A DNA stretch of 64,000 bases, taken from the IMG/VR virus record IMGVR_UViG_3300036830_000392, positions 4,848 through 68,847 of that record. One strand, written 5' to 3'. The stretch's first letter is position 1. Every line of letters starts with the position of its first letter. The notes under the pieces are model-generated. The model made no database searches. It was not told the DNA's origin and saw only the letters and a list, made by a program, of their open reading frames with translations. The position numbers and the translations under genes were made by a program. Shown in pieces: positions 17,983 through 27,590 of the stretch. Source of the DNA: a virus.

Positions 17983-19288
17983 CCACCACCCGCTTGTCCT
18001 CGGCGTCCTCATACAGATCGATGTCCTCGCCGATCAGCGCTTCCTTCAAAGACGCCAGGCCATCGATTTCAACCTGCCGCGCCCTCTCCATCGTGACGTT
18101 CATGAAGGTGCCCACGTCTTCCAATTGCGTCTGCCTCTCGCGGCGCTGCGCTCGATCGGCGACGTCCAGCGAGCATGTCTCTGGCATCGCGACGAGCGCA
18201 TCGACCACGTCCATGTGGGGGAAGTTGATCTTGATGCTGCGACCTTTCACGTCGAGGTAGAGGTGCTGTCGGCAGCCCACCCACGGGCAGGGCCTGGGTC
18301 CTTTGCGACAGTCGCCGCGCTGCAAAGGTCTGTCATCCCAGACCGGCAGGCGCATCAGCTCAACTTTCTCAGCCTTGTTCAGGCGCTTGGCCGCCGATGA
18401 TTTTGCCTTGGGGGCGCCGCGCTTCCGGCGACCGTAAAACCGCAGACGTTGCTGATCAGGCTCCTCGCATTGAGCCCGACGGCGGGGACGACGCTTGCGC
18501 CGATCAGTGTGCAGGTGAGGCAGGGCGCAATCGATCTCGCACAGCGCGATGGCTGGGACGGCTTCCGCGTCGGCGATGACGGCCTGAAACGGTCGCGGGC
18601 GAAACGGGGCAAGGAGACGATCGCGGCGCTTCACCCACGCGCGGCGCGTGCGCCACTGACGGCGCGCGATATGGGGGTTCTCGTCGTCACCGGGGATCGG
18701 CGGCTCAGCCATGCGGGCGAACCAAACGGCACGCTTTTTCTCGAGCCGACCCCGCGCCGTCGCTTCTCGCGGCTCCCATTTCGCATCGTGGCGCGCGGTC
18801 CAGCGCGTGCGCTCGGCCGCGCGGGCCGCGCGCAGCGCCTTCATCCGCTTGGTCCATTTGGCGGCCTGGCGAGCAAGCCACGCGGACTTCGCGGCCGCGG
18901 CGCCGGCCTTGTTCTTTCGGCGCCTACCTTTCGCCGCCCGTCGCCTTGCCCACTCCTCGCGTTCCCGCTGTCGCTTGGCGCGGAGACGTTCCTCCTTGGC
19001 GTTCCACTTCGCATCGTGGCGCGCGGTCCAGCGCGTGCGCTCGGCCGCGCGGGCCGCGGCTAGAACCAGGTCAGTCTCGGGTGGTGATTCCAGCCACGCC
19101 GCGCGATCGCGATCGTATTTCGCTCGCCTGGCCGCCTCCTGGAGGTCCCACCGGGCGGCCGCCTCGCTCTGCGAAAGATCGCCGTGGGTCTCAAGGATGG
19201 CGCCGGTCGGCAGGGCAAAGAACGTGGTGCCCCGATCGATCGGCGCGGGATGCACCAAGGTCTGGGCCGCTGGCGGCAGAAACTTCAC
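17951..19288 (-). CDS. Arg/Ala-rich protein with a C-terminal Cys-rich plus sigma70 region-4-like HTH (paralog B)
   Basis: RPLQRGDC..PRPCPWVGCRQHLYLDV...ETCSLDVAD...LEDVGTFMNVTMERARQVE. GTG at 19288 overlaps the upstream TGA. Confidence 0.75.
   Translation of the reverse strand: MKFLPPAAQTLVHPAPIDRGTTFFALPTGAILETHGDLSQSEAAARWDLQEAARRAKYDRDRAAWLESPPETDLVLAAARAAERTRWTARHDAKWNAKEERLRAKRQREREEWARRRAAKGRRRKNKAGAAAAKSAWLARQAAKWTKRMKALRAARAAERTRWTARHDAKWEPREATARGRLEKKRAVWFARMAEPPIPGDDENPHIARRQWRTRRAWVKRRDRLLAPFRPRPFQAVIADAEAVPAIALCEIDCALPHLHTDRRKRRPRRRAQCEEPDQQRLRFYGRRKRGAPKAKSSAAKRLNKAEKVELMRLPVWDDRPLQRGDCRKGPRPCPWVGCRQHLYLDVKGRSIKINFPHMDVVDALVAMPETCSLDVADRAQRRERQTQLEDVGTFMNVTMERARQVEIDGLASLKEALIGEDIDLYEDAEDKRVVDESDEDESGY
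18780..19058. repeat. Perfect 51-bp direct repeat (18780-18830 and 19008-19058)
   Basis: ttcgcatcgtggcgcgcggtccagcgcgtgcgctcggccgcgcgggccgcg occurs twice, within the duplicated peptide AARAAERTRWTARHDAKW. Confidence 0.9.
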
Positions 19289-19746
19289 TTGCGCGCGACC
19301 TCCGGCGGCGACTGGGCCATGCCTGCCGCGCGAAGTACCTCGCGCGCGTACCGGGAATTTCGGCAGCGCCCGCCGTTGTATCGGGAGAGGCCGGCGCGCA
19401 CGTCGCCGCCGCACGCGCAAATCATCTTGGCGAGGTAGGCGCAGCCGAGGTGGATGTTGCGGCGAGGGTGCATCAGGGCGGCGTCAGAGAGGTAGACGCC
19501 AGACGGGATGGCACCGCCGCGAAGCAACTGCATCAGGCCCAGCTCACCGCGCTTGCCGATGGCCGTCTGATTGAACTGGCTTTCGCGTGCGATGATCGCC
19601 GCTACGATGAAGGGGTCGACGCCCGCCCGCGCCGACTCTTCGACGACGACTACCGCGAGCAGCCGCGCGCGGACCGCAGGCGCGCCGGTGGCGTCGGGGT
19701 GGCCCGAGAGACGGAGGATTGCGGCGGCCAGGGCGAGGGTGGTCAT
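19285..19746 (-). CDS. Lytic transglycosylase (SLT domain)
   Basis: AIIARESQF, GLMQL, NIHLGCAYL and SRYNGG motifs. Confidence 0.9.
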   Translation of the reverse strand: MTTLALAAAILRLSGHPDATGAPAVRARLLAVVVVEESARAGVDPFIVAAIIARESQFNQTAIGKRGELGLMQLLRGGAIPSGVYLSDAALMHPRRNIHLGCAYLAKMICACGGDVRAGLSRYNGGRCRNSRYAREVLRAAGMAQSPPEVARK

Positions 19747-20444
19747 GCCGCGAGCCTTGGTGCCCAGATGCCGGTTGTGCAGACGATGTCGCGCTGCCAA
19801 TCCCAAATCTGCACGCGTCCCTCAGCGCCACGGTGAAAGTGGCTGACCATGCAGTCCTTCGGGAATACGTTCTTGCCGTCGAAGCAAAGCCGACCTGAGA
19901 GGAGGTAGGTGTCGGCGCGCCCGGCGATGTGGTCACGGAACCAGTTGGCGATCGCCACGGGGGTCAAAAGCGTGATGTTTGCGCCGTCGGCCATCTCTTT
20001 CAGGCAGCGGGCCGCCCATGGTGGTACGTCTCCGAATTCACAGTTCAGCCAGAGCAAGCCCGGTTCCCCGTCTGGCGCGCTGAATTTCGCCGACAGCTCG
20101 GCCCAAGGGTGAGCGAAGGCGTCCAGGGCATAGGCGGCAGGGTCGAAGGCGGGCGTGCGCTTTTCGAAAAGAGGATCGCCAGCCTTGTTCCGCTTCGGCT
20201 GGGTACGCTTCTTGTCTTTGAACAGCGGGACGAGAACGCCCCGATGGCCATCCATCTGTTCGGCCGTCCCCGTGTGGACGAACTCCTTGGGCGAGAAGTA
20301 GCGGACGTGCTTGGCGTTGCCGGCGTGGGCGGCGAGATCGAATTGGACAGGACCGAACCGTTTCTCGATGGCGGCCATGAAGTCGGCGGGCGTGGAGTAG
20401 TCCTGCTTCGAATCCTCTCCGGATGAAACGCGGGGGCCGGCCAT
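19743..20444 (-). CDS. Phage N6-adenine DNA methyltransferase-like (Dam family) with an atypical catalytic motif
   Basis: QDYSTP, FDLAA..GNAK, DAFAHPW, LWLNCEF (where NPPF/Y is expected) and GRLCFDG. Confidence 0.75.
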   Translation of the reverse strand: MAGPRVSSGEDSKQDYSTPADFMAAIEKRFGPVQFDLAAHAGNAKHVRYFSPKEFVHTGTAEQMDGHRGVLVPLFKDKKRTQPKRNKAGDPLFEKRTPAFDPAAYALDAFAHPWAELSAKFSAPDGEPGLLWLNCEFGDVPPWAARCLKEMADGANITLLTPVAIANWFRDHIAGRADTYLLSGRLCFDGKNVFPKDCMVSHFHRGAEGRVQIWDWQRDIVCTTGIWAPRLAA

Positions 20445-20836
20445 CACGCCACCGCGCTTTCGTCCACACCGTCCGCGCAGTCCGGGCACCTGGTCATCTG
20501 CCCGGGCGCCACGATCGAAGGCACCTCTTTCCCGCCCAGGCAGGTGCCGCATCCACCCGGCGGCAGGGTGACCATTCGGTGCAGGTACTCGGCCATGTGC
20601 GCCCCGCCCAGGCTGACGAAATAGTTCTTTTGGTCGGCGCTGCCTTTCGCCGCGAGCGCTGCTTGTGATGACATCTCGCGCAGCCTCAAGATCTTGGCGG
20701 CGATCTCATGTTCCCTCGCGTCCGCCGCTTCCTGCATCACCCGGCGAACGTCGACGCAGATCGGACTGTGGTCGTCGCCCACGCAACGCACGCTTCGAAC
20801 CGTGTGGGCGACCTCGATCAACTTCTGCTCGTTCAC
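20444..20836 (-). CDS. Hypothetical protein with a C-terminal CxxC...CxxC
   Basis: CGTCLG...CPDC. Translationally coupled. Confidence 0.55.
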   Translation of the reverse strand: MNEQKLIEVAHTVRSVRCVGDDHSPICVDVRRVMQEAADAREHEIAAKILRLREMSSQAALAAKGSADQKNYFVSLGGAHMAEYLHRMVTLPPGGCGTCLGGKEVPSIVAPGQMTRCPDCADGVDESAVA

Positions 20837-21105
20837 AGCTGAGCCTTTCGCTTTCCCGCTGCATCGAGCGCTTCGACCACGCGGAGGTAATCACCGGGCT
20901 CGACAAATTCGGAAGTCCCGACCTCGACGGCGATCAGACTGCTGACCGGCATCTGCAGCGCACGCGCCGCGGCGCCCACCTGGATTCCGTGCCGATGGCG
21001 CGCGGCGCGTACCGCCACGCCGCGCACGCTGGCCGGAGAGACGGCGCGCACGGCGTAGTGGTACCGGCTGGGCGCGAAAGGAACCGCAGCACCTCTCGTA
21101 CTCAT
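20833..21105 (-). CDS. XRE-like HTH protein
   Basis: VRAARHRHGIQVGAAARALQMPVSSLIAVEVG. Confidence 0.6.
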   Translation of the reverse strand: MSTRGAAVPFAPSRYHYAVRAVSPASVRGVAVRAARHRHGIQVGAAARALQMPVSSLIAVEVGTSEFVEPGDYLRVVEALDAAGKRKAQL

Positions 21106-21233
21106 TTCACCACCAGCGCGGCGATGCCGGCGCCAATGCCGGCTGCGACCAGCAGGAAGCTCAAGTAGTCGGCTACGTCCCACCGGGACGGGGAGACGAG
21201 GCAGATGCAAAGGCCACGGCAGCGGCAGCTCAT
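21102..21233 (-). CDS. 43-aa membrane peptide
   Basis: Not in the track. MSCRCRGLCICLVSPSRWDVADYLSFLLVAAGIGAGIAALVVK, with ATGA overlaps at both ends. Confidence 0.5.
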   Translation of the reverse strand: MSCRCRGLCICLVSPSRWDVADYLSFLLVAAGIGAGIAALVVK

Positions 21234-21366
21234 CGGACGACCCCCGATCCGCGGACGGTGCCATCCGGACCCCGCCATAGCCGGACGTCAGTTGCGCCGC
21301 GCGCCTCGAACCAGCTAAGGACCTCGTCGACGTTGGTGGCGAGGTCCGGATACACCAAGAACCGCA

Positions 21367-22284
21367 TCAGAAGGCCGTGCGCTGCTCGGTGTGTTGGTGG
21401 TCGATCTCGCAGGTCGGCGAGCAAAGCTCGGCGGGCGGCGCCGGCGGCGCTTCCTCGCCATCCTTCACGCCGCGGGCGATCTCTTTCCCTTCATCGTTCT
21501 GGACGCTGACGTGCTTCCCTTCGGCGATCGGCTTCGGGCCTCTCGTCGGCCGCTTCAGCGTCGCCTTCTTGGTCTTCTTGCCTTCGGCTTGCTTTTCGGC
21601 GAGCGCGGCGATCTCGGCCAGGCGGGCTTTCTCCTGCGATTCAGTGACGACGTCGTTCCATGTCGGTGGCTGCCGCCAGGAGACGTCGTACTTGCTCACG
21701 TCGTAGATCGCCTCGCCAATTGTGAAATGAAATTCCGACACGGACTCGACGCCGGTCAGGACCCAGTCGTCTCCGACTTTGATTTCAACCTTGACGCCGT
21801 CGAGGGAGCCGGCGCCGCGGATGGACTCGAACGCCCTGGTCGCCTTCTCTTCCTTCAGCCGCGTCTCGCGCAACTGCTCGGCTTCCTCTGGCGACCCGGC
21901 CAGCGCCTGCTCTTCGGTCTTGTTCAGATCCGCCAGTTTGTCTTTCACCGACTGCGAGATGTCACTGCCGGGCATTTTCAGTTGGCGCTCTTCGTCATCC
22001 ATCCGGCGTGACTTGAAAATCTCGTTCGTGTCGAGGCGACGTGTTTTGATCAATCCGGTTTCGAGGTCTTCGAACTCCTCGCACTCGACCTCGGCCTCGA
22101 CGGTCTGCGCCTCGATGCTCAGGTTCAGCTCGTTCATGCGGGCCTTCAGCGGGCTGAGCCGTTTCTTCTGCTCTTCGATGCCGGCGATCTCTTTCAACAC
22201 CTTCGAGATCTCGCGGTGGATCTCCATCTCCTTGGCCTCGTTCATCGGGACAGCGAGCTTCAAAGTCAGTTTCGTGGTTTCCAT
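21367..22284 (-). CDS. Hypothetical Glu/Lys-rich protein
   Basis: AGGAG RBS and a long natural-looking ORF. Confidence 0.75.
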   Translation of the reverse strand: METTKLTLKLAVPMNEAKEMEIHREISKVLKEIAGIEEQKKRLSPLKARMNELNLSIEAQTVEAEVECEEFEDLETGLIKTRRLDTNEIFKSRRMDDEERQLKMPGSDISQSVKDKLADLNKTEEQALAGSPEEAEQLRETRLKEEKATRAFESIRGAGSLDGVKVEIKVGDDWVLTGVESVSEFHFTIGEAIYDVSKYDVSWRQPPTWNDVVTESQEKARLAEIAALAEKQAEGKKTKKATLKRPTRGPKPIAEGKHVSVQNDEGKEIARGVKDGEEAPPAPPAELCSPTCEIDHQHTEQRTAF

Positions 22285-22308
22285 TTGGTGGTGGTCTCCT
22301 GGTGTTGG

Positions 22309-22542
22309 TCAGCCGTGAACGGCGACACGCCGCCGCGGCTTGGTTTCGAGTTCCCTCAGTTCTTTTTGGACGTCAGCGCGAAAGCCGGCGATCCGCGCCC
22401 GCGCCTCTTCAGCCTCATGAGGCGTCATGTCGATGTCGTCGGATGGCCAGTTTTGGATCTCTTCGCGCAGCCGATGTTCCGCGAGATCGAACGCGGCGAC
22501 AGCGTCGCGAAGCTTGGTCACGGTGCCGTTGCGCAGGCTCAT
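22309..22542 (-). CDS. Hypothetical coiled-coil protein
   Basis: ATGA-coupled to dnaB. Confidence 0.55.
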   Translation of the reverse strand: MSLRNGTVTKLRDAVAAFDLAEHRLREEIQNWPSDDIDMTPHEAEEARARIAGFRADVQKELRELETKPRRRVAVHG

Positions 22543-23870
22543 GCGAAACTCCTTTGCTGTGGCTGCTCGAGGTCCTCGCGATCGGCAAACATCGTGTACT
22601 CGGGCAACCAGTCGACCGGGATCTCGGCGGTGGCGCCGTTGCGGTTCTTGGCGACGATCAACGTTGCCGGGTGGCGTCCGTACCTGGGTGATTCGCCCTC
22701 CCACCAAGGGAAGATGATCACGTCGGCGTTTTGCTCGATCTCGCCGCTGCCGCGAAGGTCGCGTGGACCTGGCTTGCGCTTTTCTTTCTCGCTGTCGCGA
22801 TTCAGTTGCGCCGCCAGCACCACCGGGATTTTCAGATCCTTCGCGAGTTGCTTTAGCGCGGCGGTGATCTCACCCAACTCCTTGTTCTCGTTCTCTGCGT
22901 TGCCGCTCTTCTTGACGAGGCCCAGGTAGTCGATCAACACCACCGCCTGCTGGGATGGATTGGCGGCCCGCCAGCGATAGGTCTCGGAGATGATCGCGCG
23001 GTTCGAGAGATTCCGATCGTCGATCCAAATCGTATCGTTCGCGAGCCGAGCCGCTGCGCCCTGGAGGCGAACCCATTCCGGGCCGGACAGGCGACCCGAC
23101 ATGATGGCGCGGCTGTTGACCTCGGCATCGAACGACAGCGATCGGAACGCGACGATCTGTTTGCTGTCTTCTAGCGAGAACAGCAGCGCCGGTATCTTCT
23201 TGCGGGCCGCTCGTTGGGCGAAGTTCCTCAGGAGGGCCGACTTACCTTTCGACGGGCGAGCCGCGATCAGGATCAGCGTCTCCGCGCAGAGGCCGCTGAT
23301 CTCTCTGTCGAATGCCTCGATGTCTGTCAGAACGAAATGCTGCTCAGGGTTGGCCGCTCGTCTCTCAACTTCGGACAGGGTCTCGTCGAGGATGTCGCGC
23401 AGCTGAACCGGGCCGACGGTGCCCGATGGAAGATCCAGCTTCGCCAACCTGCCGCGGGTGTCGTTCAGCAGTTCGGCGACGTCGGCCACATCGCCGTGGC
23501 ACAGAGAACTGACATCCAAGCAGAGCGTGAGCAGCTTGCGTAGCACGGCCTTCTCGGTGACCAGGCGGGCGTAATAGCTGGCCTCCCCGGTGTCGGCGGA
23601 CTTCATCAGCTCGAGGAGGAAGAGCGATCCGTTTGGCAGGCGAGACGCTTCGCCGCTCGTTTCCAGCAGATCCGACAGCGCGATGATCTCGACCTTCTTT
23701 TCTCGCCGATCCAATTCGAGGATCGCCTCGAACACGACCCTGTGCTCGGGCATGAAGAAGTCGTCGACGCGCAGGTCGCTGACCTGGTCGAGCACCACCG
23801 GGCGGACCAGGATAAGCCCCAGCAGGGCCTTCTCGGCGCGCTCGTCGAACGGTAAGGGCCGCTGGTTCAA
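22539..23870 (-). CDS. dnaB: Replicative DNA helicase
   Basis: PFDERAEKALLG, Walker A ARPSKGKS, FSLED, IDYLGL, AQLNR, DLRGSGEIEQNAD and KNRNG. TTG start overlaps the upstream stop. Confidence 0.95.
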   Translation of the reverse strand: MNQRPLPFDERAEKALLGLILVRPVVLDQVSDLRVDDFFMPEHRVVFEAILELDRREKKVEIIALSDLLETSGEASRLPNGSLFLLELMKSADTGEASYYARLVTEKAVLRKLLTLCLDVSSLCHGDVADVAELLNDTRGRLAKLDLPSGTVGPVQLRDILDETLSEVERRAANPEQHFVLTDIEAFDREISGLCAETLILIAARPSKGKSALLRNFAQRAARKKIPALLFSLEDSKQIVAFRSLSFDAEVNSRAIMSGRLSGPEWVRLQGAAARLANDTIWIDDRNLSNRAIISETYRWRAANPSQQAVVLIDYLGLVKKSGNAENENKELGEITAALKQLAKDLKIPVVLAAQLNRDSEKEKRKPGPRDLRGSGEIEQNADVIIFPWWEGESPRYGRHPATLIVAKNRNGATAEIPVDWLPEYTMFADREDLEQPQQRSFA

Positions 23871-24574
23871 GCGCGCTTCCGGAGGCTTGGGTTGTCGAGA
23901 GATTCGAAACGCCCGGTCTCGCGGATGCGATCGACGATCCGCTCCTCGTATCGCAACTTGAACGCTTTCACGTCGATGTTCGTGGTGATCAGAGTGGGGA
24001 GCGCGTCGGAGTAACGAGCGTTGATCACCTCGTCGAGCAGGCTTTTGAAGAAACCCTTTTCGTCGGCGTACTCGACGGCCAGGTCGTCGATCACCAGCCG
24101 GCCCGCGCGGATGATCTCGTCCATCGCCTCCTCGTCGAAGCGGGACATCCGCGACAGCCGCGCGGCGGTGACGAACATCGGCTCGCGCGAGCGCGGCGGC
24201 GTTTGCAGCAGCCACCAGCAGGCGGCGGCGGTCTTGCCACAACCCGCGTGTCCCGACAGGACGATGATGTCGCCCGGGGCGCGGACGGCTGCCATGGCCT
24301 GCGTTTCGTTCAGGTGGGCGGCCGGGTCGCCGACGAATCGATACCGCGCGGGAATTCCGATCGCTTCCATTCGGCGCGCGGTCGCCTCGGCGGCGGCGCG
24401 CTTGATGTCAGCCGCTCGCTTCGCCTCTCCGGCCGCCTTCTCGGCAAGACCAGCCGGCGTCTCCGACCATGCCGCAAGCCGCAGCCCAAACGACGCGAAG
24501 TCTTCGCCTGGCGCTCTGGTGGGGGCGGGGCCGCCTTGTAGGGCGGGCACGATTTTCAGCCTCTCTTCGCTCAC
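23867..24574 (-). CDS. DnaC/IstB-like AAA+ helicase loader
   Basis: GHAGCGKT, LVIDDL, INARY...TLITTN and RIVDRI motifs. Confidence 0.9.
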   Translation of the reverse strand: MSEERLKIVPALQGGPAPTRAPGEDFASFGLRLAAWSETPAGLAEKAAGEAKRAADIKRAAAEATARRMEAIGIPARYRFVGDPAAHLNETQAMAAVRAPGDIIVLSGHAGCGKTAAACWWLLQTPPRSREPMFVTAARLSRMSRFDEEAMDEIIRAGRLVIDDLAVEYADEKGFFKSLLDEVINARYSDALPTLITTNIDVKAFKLRYEERIVDRIRETGRFESLDNPSLRKRA

Positions 24575-25431
24575 AGTTCTTGGACTCCCTTGGGGTAGGT
24601 GGTTTCGGGGCCGGGGGCGGGCACGTAGCCCACGCGAACGTCTTTCGGCTTCCCCGGCGGTCCAATCGCGCGCGGGTCAGCTGGTATGCGCAGGCTGTTC
24701 CAGCGCTGGACGAAGAACGCGAACGGGTGGCGCGCCTTGATCACAGCCGGCGATTCCTCGCCCAGGAACTCGGCGAACATGGCCGGCGCTCGGTCTTGGG
24801 CTGCGAACGCTTCCGGCTCCGGCAGCGCAGCGATGACGTCGGTCAGGTCCCCACAAGCCTTGGGGTCGGACGTGCCGGTGCCGTAGAAATTGCCAGGGTG
24901 GCGCGCCTCCCACGCGATTTTGAATTGGGTCAGCCACTGATAAGCTGTCCACCTCGCGCGCGTTACAGACACAAGGATCGGATCTGGACCCGGACCCGGA
25001 TCCGGACTCGGATCGGATCCGGACCGGACTGCCGGTGCGGTACGATCCTGTTCTGGAGCCAAACGGAGTTGCTCGGGTAATTTCGCGAGCGGTACCGTTT
25101 CAGTCTCGGGCGGCGGTGGGATGGATGAGGCGATCTCGTTCTTGTGGGGGTTCTGGTACTTCTTGAAGTTGCGGATTTGGATGAACTTTCCGCTTCCTGC
25201 CTGGTACCGGATGATGTGCCGCCGGTCGGCCAGCTCGTTCAGGATGGCCTCCATGTCGATGTTGTCAGCCGGCAGGATGGCGAGTTTGAGCATGAAGGCG
25301 CTGTCCTTGAGGCGGCCCTCCTTGTCGGCGTGGCAGGGCAGGTAGGCCCAGACCAGGCGGGCAGCGATCGACATCGTCGCGACGTCCTCGTCGGTCGGCG
25401 CGATCGGGTTGATCGAACGGATGCGAGCCAT
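24571..25431 (-). CDS. Phage replication initiator
   Basis: MARIRSINP...ADKEGR...QIRNFKKYQ N-terminus and an SP/DP linker. Upstream of the loader and helicase. Confidence 0.8.
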   Translation of the reverse strand: MARIRSINPIAPTDEDVATMSIAARLVWAYLPCHADKEGRLKDSAFMLKLAILPADNIDMEAILNELADRRHIIRYQAGSGKFIQIRNFKKYQNPHKNEIASSIPPPPETETVPLAKLPEQLRLAPEQDRTAPAVRSGSDPSPDPGPGPDPILVSVTRARWTAYQWLTQFKIAWEARHPGNFYGTGTSDPKACGDLTDVIAALPEPEAFAAQDRAPAMFAEFLGEESPAVIKARHPFAFFVQRWNSLRIPADPRAIGPPGKPKDVRVGYVPAPGPETTYPKGVQEL

Positions 25432-27279
25432 CTAGGCAGCCTCCCGGCGCACGTCGCGTGCGTTTGCTGCGATGATGGCCTCTGCCACCTGGGGACAGAC
25501 CGAGTTCCCCGCCAACATGACCTGATCGGTCTTGGTCATCGGCTTGCCGTTGTGGAGCGGGCGAATCTCGTAGTCGTCAGGAAATCCCTGCGCCGCGAAG
25601 AGTTCGTGCGGCTGGAGCATCCGCATCCCGACGTCGGCGATCTGGTAGGACTCCCCAGCGATCGTGACGAGGCCGAAGCGCGCCTTCGCCGTCAGCGTGT
25701 GCAGCGGATCGAAGAGGCTCATGTTCTGAGCGCGAGCATCGCCGCCAGCGCTGTAGAACTTGGTCAGGAAGGCGCGGACCTCGGCGATGTGGCCGCCGCC
25801 GCGCTGGCCGCCAGCGGTGACGGTTGGCACCGGCTCCATGGCGCTGGCCCCGACAGCGGTCCCGTAGAATTTCGTCAGGAACGCGGCGGTCAGTGCGTGG
25901 TGGTCGACGGACGTCACCGTGCCGAGCGGGCGGCGGACTCCGTGGCCCACCATGCCGCCGTAGTGCTTGGTCACCAGCGCGCAGGCCAGCGCAAACTCGC
26001 CACGCTTCGACGCGGTCACCGTTCGAAGGGGTAGGCGCGACGAGCGCGGTCCGTTCCCGCCGCCGCCCCAGGACTTCACTGGGATCATGAACGGCTCGAC
26101 GACGGCGAAACGGTTCGATGCATCCACCGTCCGTATCGGATCGTCGACCGCCTGGCCGCGTTCCGCGCCACCAGCGCCGCCGTGGTACTTCACGAGGAAC
26201 GGATCGATCAGCGCCAGCTCGCCGCGGTTGGCGGCGGTAATGGTGCGCACGGGTTCGCCAATCCCGTGGACGCGATCGTCACCCTGGTGGGTGACCGGGA
26301 TGATGAACGGATCGTCGGTCTCGACGACGTAGCGGCGGATGCCGGCGGCGATCCGCCGAAGGGTCGCCTCGGCCAAGGGGCGCCGCCGCTCGAAGATCGA
26401 CGGGCACGGCAGCGACCAGTCGATGATCTCGGCTGCCGCCCGCCACCCACCACCAGGTCGACCGGGACCGTGGCTGGCCGTCGGCCAGACGATCGGCGCG
26501 CCATCGCGCCGGGCGACGAGGAACAGTCGCTTCCGGGTGGTGGGCGTGCCGTAGTCGGCGGCGGTCAGCAGGCGGAACTCGACCTGGTAGCCACAGTCGC
26601 GTAACTGCGCCAGCCAGGCGCGAAAGTCTTCACCGGCGCGCGATCGGTCAGGGCGCCCATCGTCGCCCAGCGGCCCCCATGTCTGAAACTCTTCGACGTT
26701 CTCCAGGACAATCACCCGGGGGCGCACGGCGCGAGCCCAGCGGATCACCACCCACGCGAGGCCGCGGATCTCCTTCTTGAGGGGCTGCGTTCCCTTGGCC
26801 TTCGAGAAGTGGGTGCAGTCGGGCGAGAACCAGGCCACGCCGACGGGCCGATTGCCGCACGCGAGAGATGGGTCGACCTCCCAGATGTTTTCGCAGAAGT
26901 GTTTCGTCTCCGGATGGTTGGCCCTGTGCATCGCGATGGCGGCGGCATTGTGATTGATAGCGATGTCGACGGGCCGGCCCAGGGCGGCCTCTATCCCGGT
27001 CGATGCGCCGCCACCACCAGCGAAGTTGTCGACGACCAATTCGTCGGGCAGCGCGAATGATCCGCGAAAGATCGGCGACCTCAATCCGCCCCTCCCCACC
27101 AAACACGCCGCCTCGACATCAGCATCCGGGCACCCCGCCGCCGTGCACTCAACGCAGAACCCCGTGTTGATCGCCGGCCCGGGGCCGTTCGGATCGTCGG
27201 GGGCGGCGCAGCACCAGCAGAGCGTGTCCGGATGGACGTTGAGGCGGTGGGCGATGATGTCGCGGTCGGCGCCAGTCAT
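25432..27279 (-). CDS. C5-cytosine DNA methyltransferase
   Basis: DNFAGGGG, SPDCTHFS, ENVEEF, RKRLF and AGNSVCP motifs. Confidence 0.93.
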   Translation of the reverse strand: MTGADRDIIAHRLNVHPDTLCWCCAAPDDPNGPGPAINTGFCVECTAAGCPDADVEAACLVGRGGLRSPIFRGSFALPDELVVDNFAGGGGASTGIEAALGRPVDIAINHNAAAIAMHRANHPETKHFCENIWEVDPSLACGNRPVGVAWFSPDCTHFSKAKGTQPLKKEIRGLAWVVIRWARAVRPRVIVLENVEEFQTWGPLGDDGRPDRSRAGEDFRAWLAQLRDCGYQVEFRLLTAADYGTPTTRKRLFLVARRDGAPIVWPTASHGPGRPGGGWRAAAEIIDWSLPCPSIFERRRPLAEATLRRIAAGIRRYVVETDDPFIIPVTHQGDDRVHGIGEPVRTITAANRGELALIDPFLVKYHGGAGGAERGQAVDDPIRTVDASNRFAVVEPFMIPVKSWGGGGNGPRSSRLPLRTVTASKRGEFALACALVTKHYGGMVGHGVRRPLGTVTSVDHHALTAAFLTKFYGTAVGASAMEPVPTVTAGGQRGGGHIAEVRAFLTKFYSAGGDARAQNMSLFDPLHTLTAKARFGLVTIAGESYQIADVGMRMLQPHELFAAQGFPDDYEIRPLHNGKPMTKTDQVMLAGNSVCPQVAEAIIAANARDVRREAA

Positions 27280-27590
27280 TTGCGCGCCGCCTTTTCGAGC
27301 GCTTCGATCGCGCGCTGGAAGTTCGAATAGTTCGAGGCCGCGTCTTCCGTGCCCTCAAACTCCATGCGGCCATGTTCAAGGCCGCTCATCTCGGCGGCAG
27401 TAATCCCGAGAACCGACGCGCCATCACCCAAGGAGAAGCCAAGGGCGATTCGCCGCCTGCGAAGCTCTTCGGCGTGCGGGTTCTTCGGGTAGACCGGCAC
27501 CGCGACGTCTTCCAGGGCGCAACTGTCCGCGCGGGTAACGAATGCCACTGTCTTTCGTAGGCCGATCGGATGGACGGGTTCGACTTTCAT
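27276..27590 (-). CDS. XRE-family HTH regulator
   Basis: ELRRRRIALGFSLGDGASVLGITAAEMSGLEHG. Confidence 0.7.
   Translation of the reverse strand: MKVEPVHPIGLRKTVAFVTRADSCALEDVAVPVYPKNPHAEELRRRRIALGFSLGDGASVLGITAAEMSGLEHGRMEFEGTEDAASNYSNFQRAIEALEKAARK

Noticed and set aside
19747-19790. AAGGCT 6 nt before the SLT start as another late promoter
   Set aside because: There is no CTDGAG box at the right distance, and ATGA translational coupling explains the start.
24975-25030. GGAYC tandem repeats in the initiator gene as iterons or a CRISPR-like array
   Set aside because: They encode an SP/DP/GP linker usual in these initiators and have no spacers. An origin role is unsupported, though not excluded.
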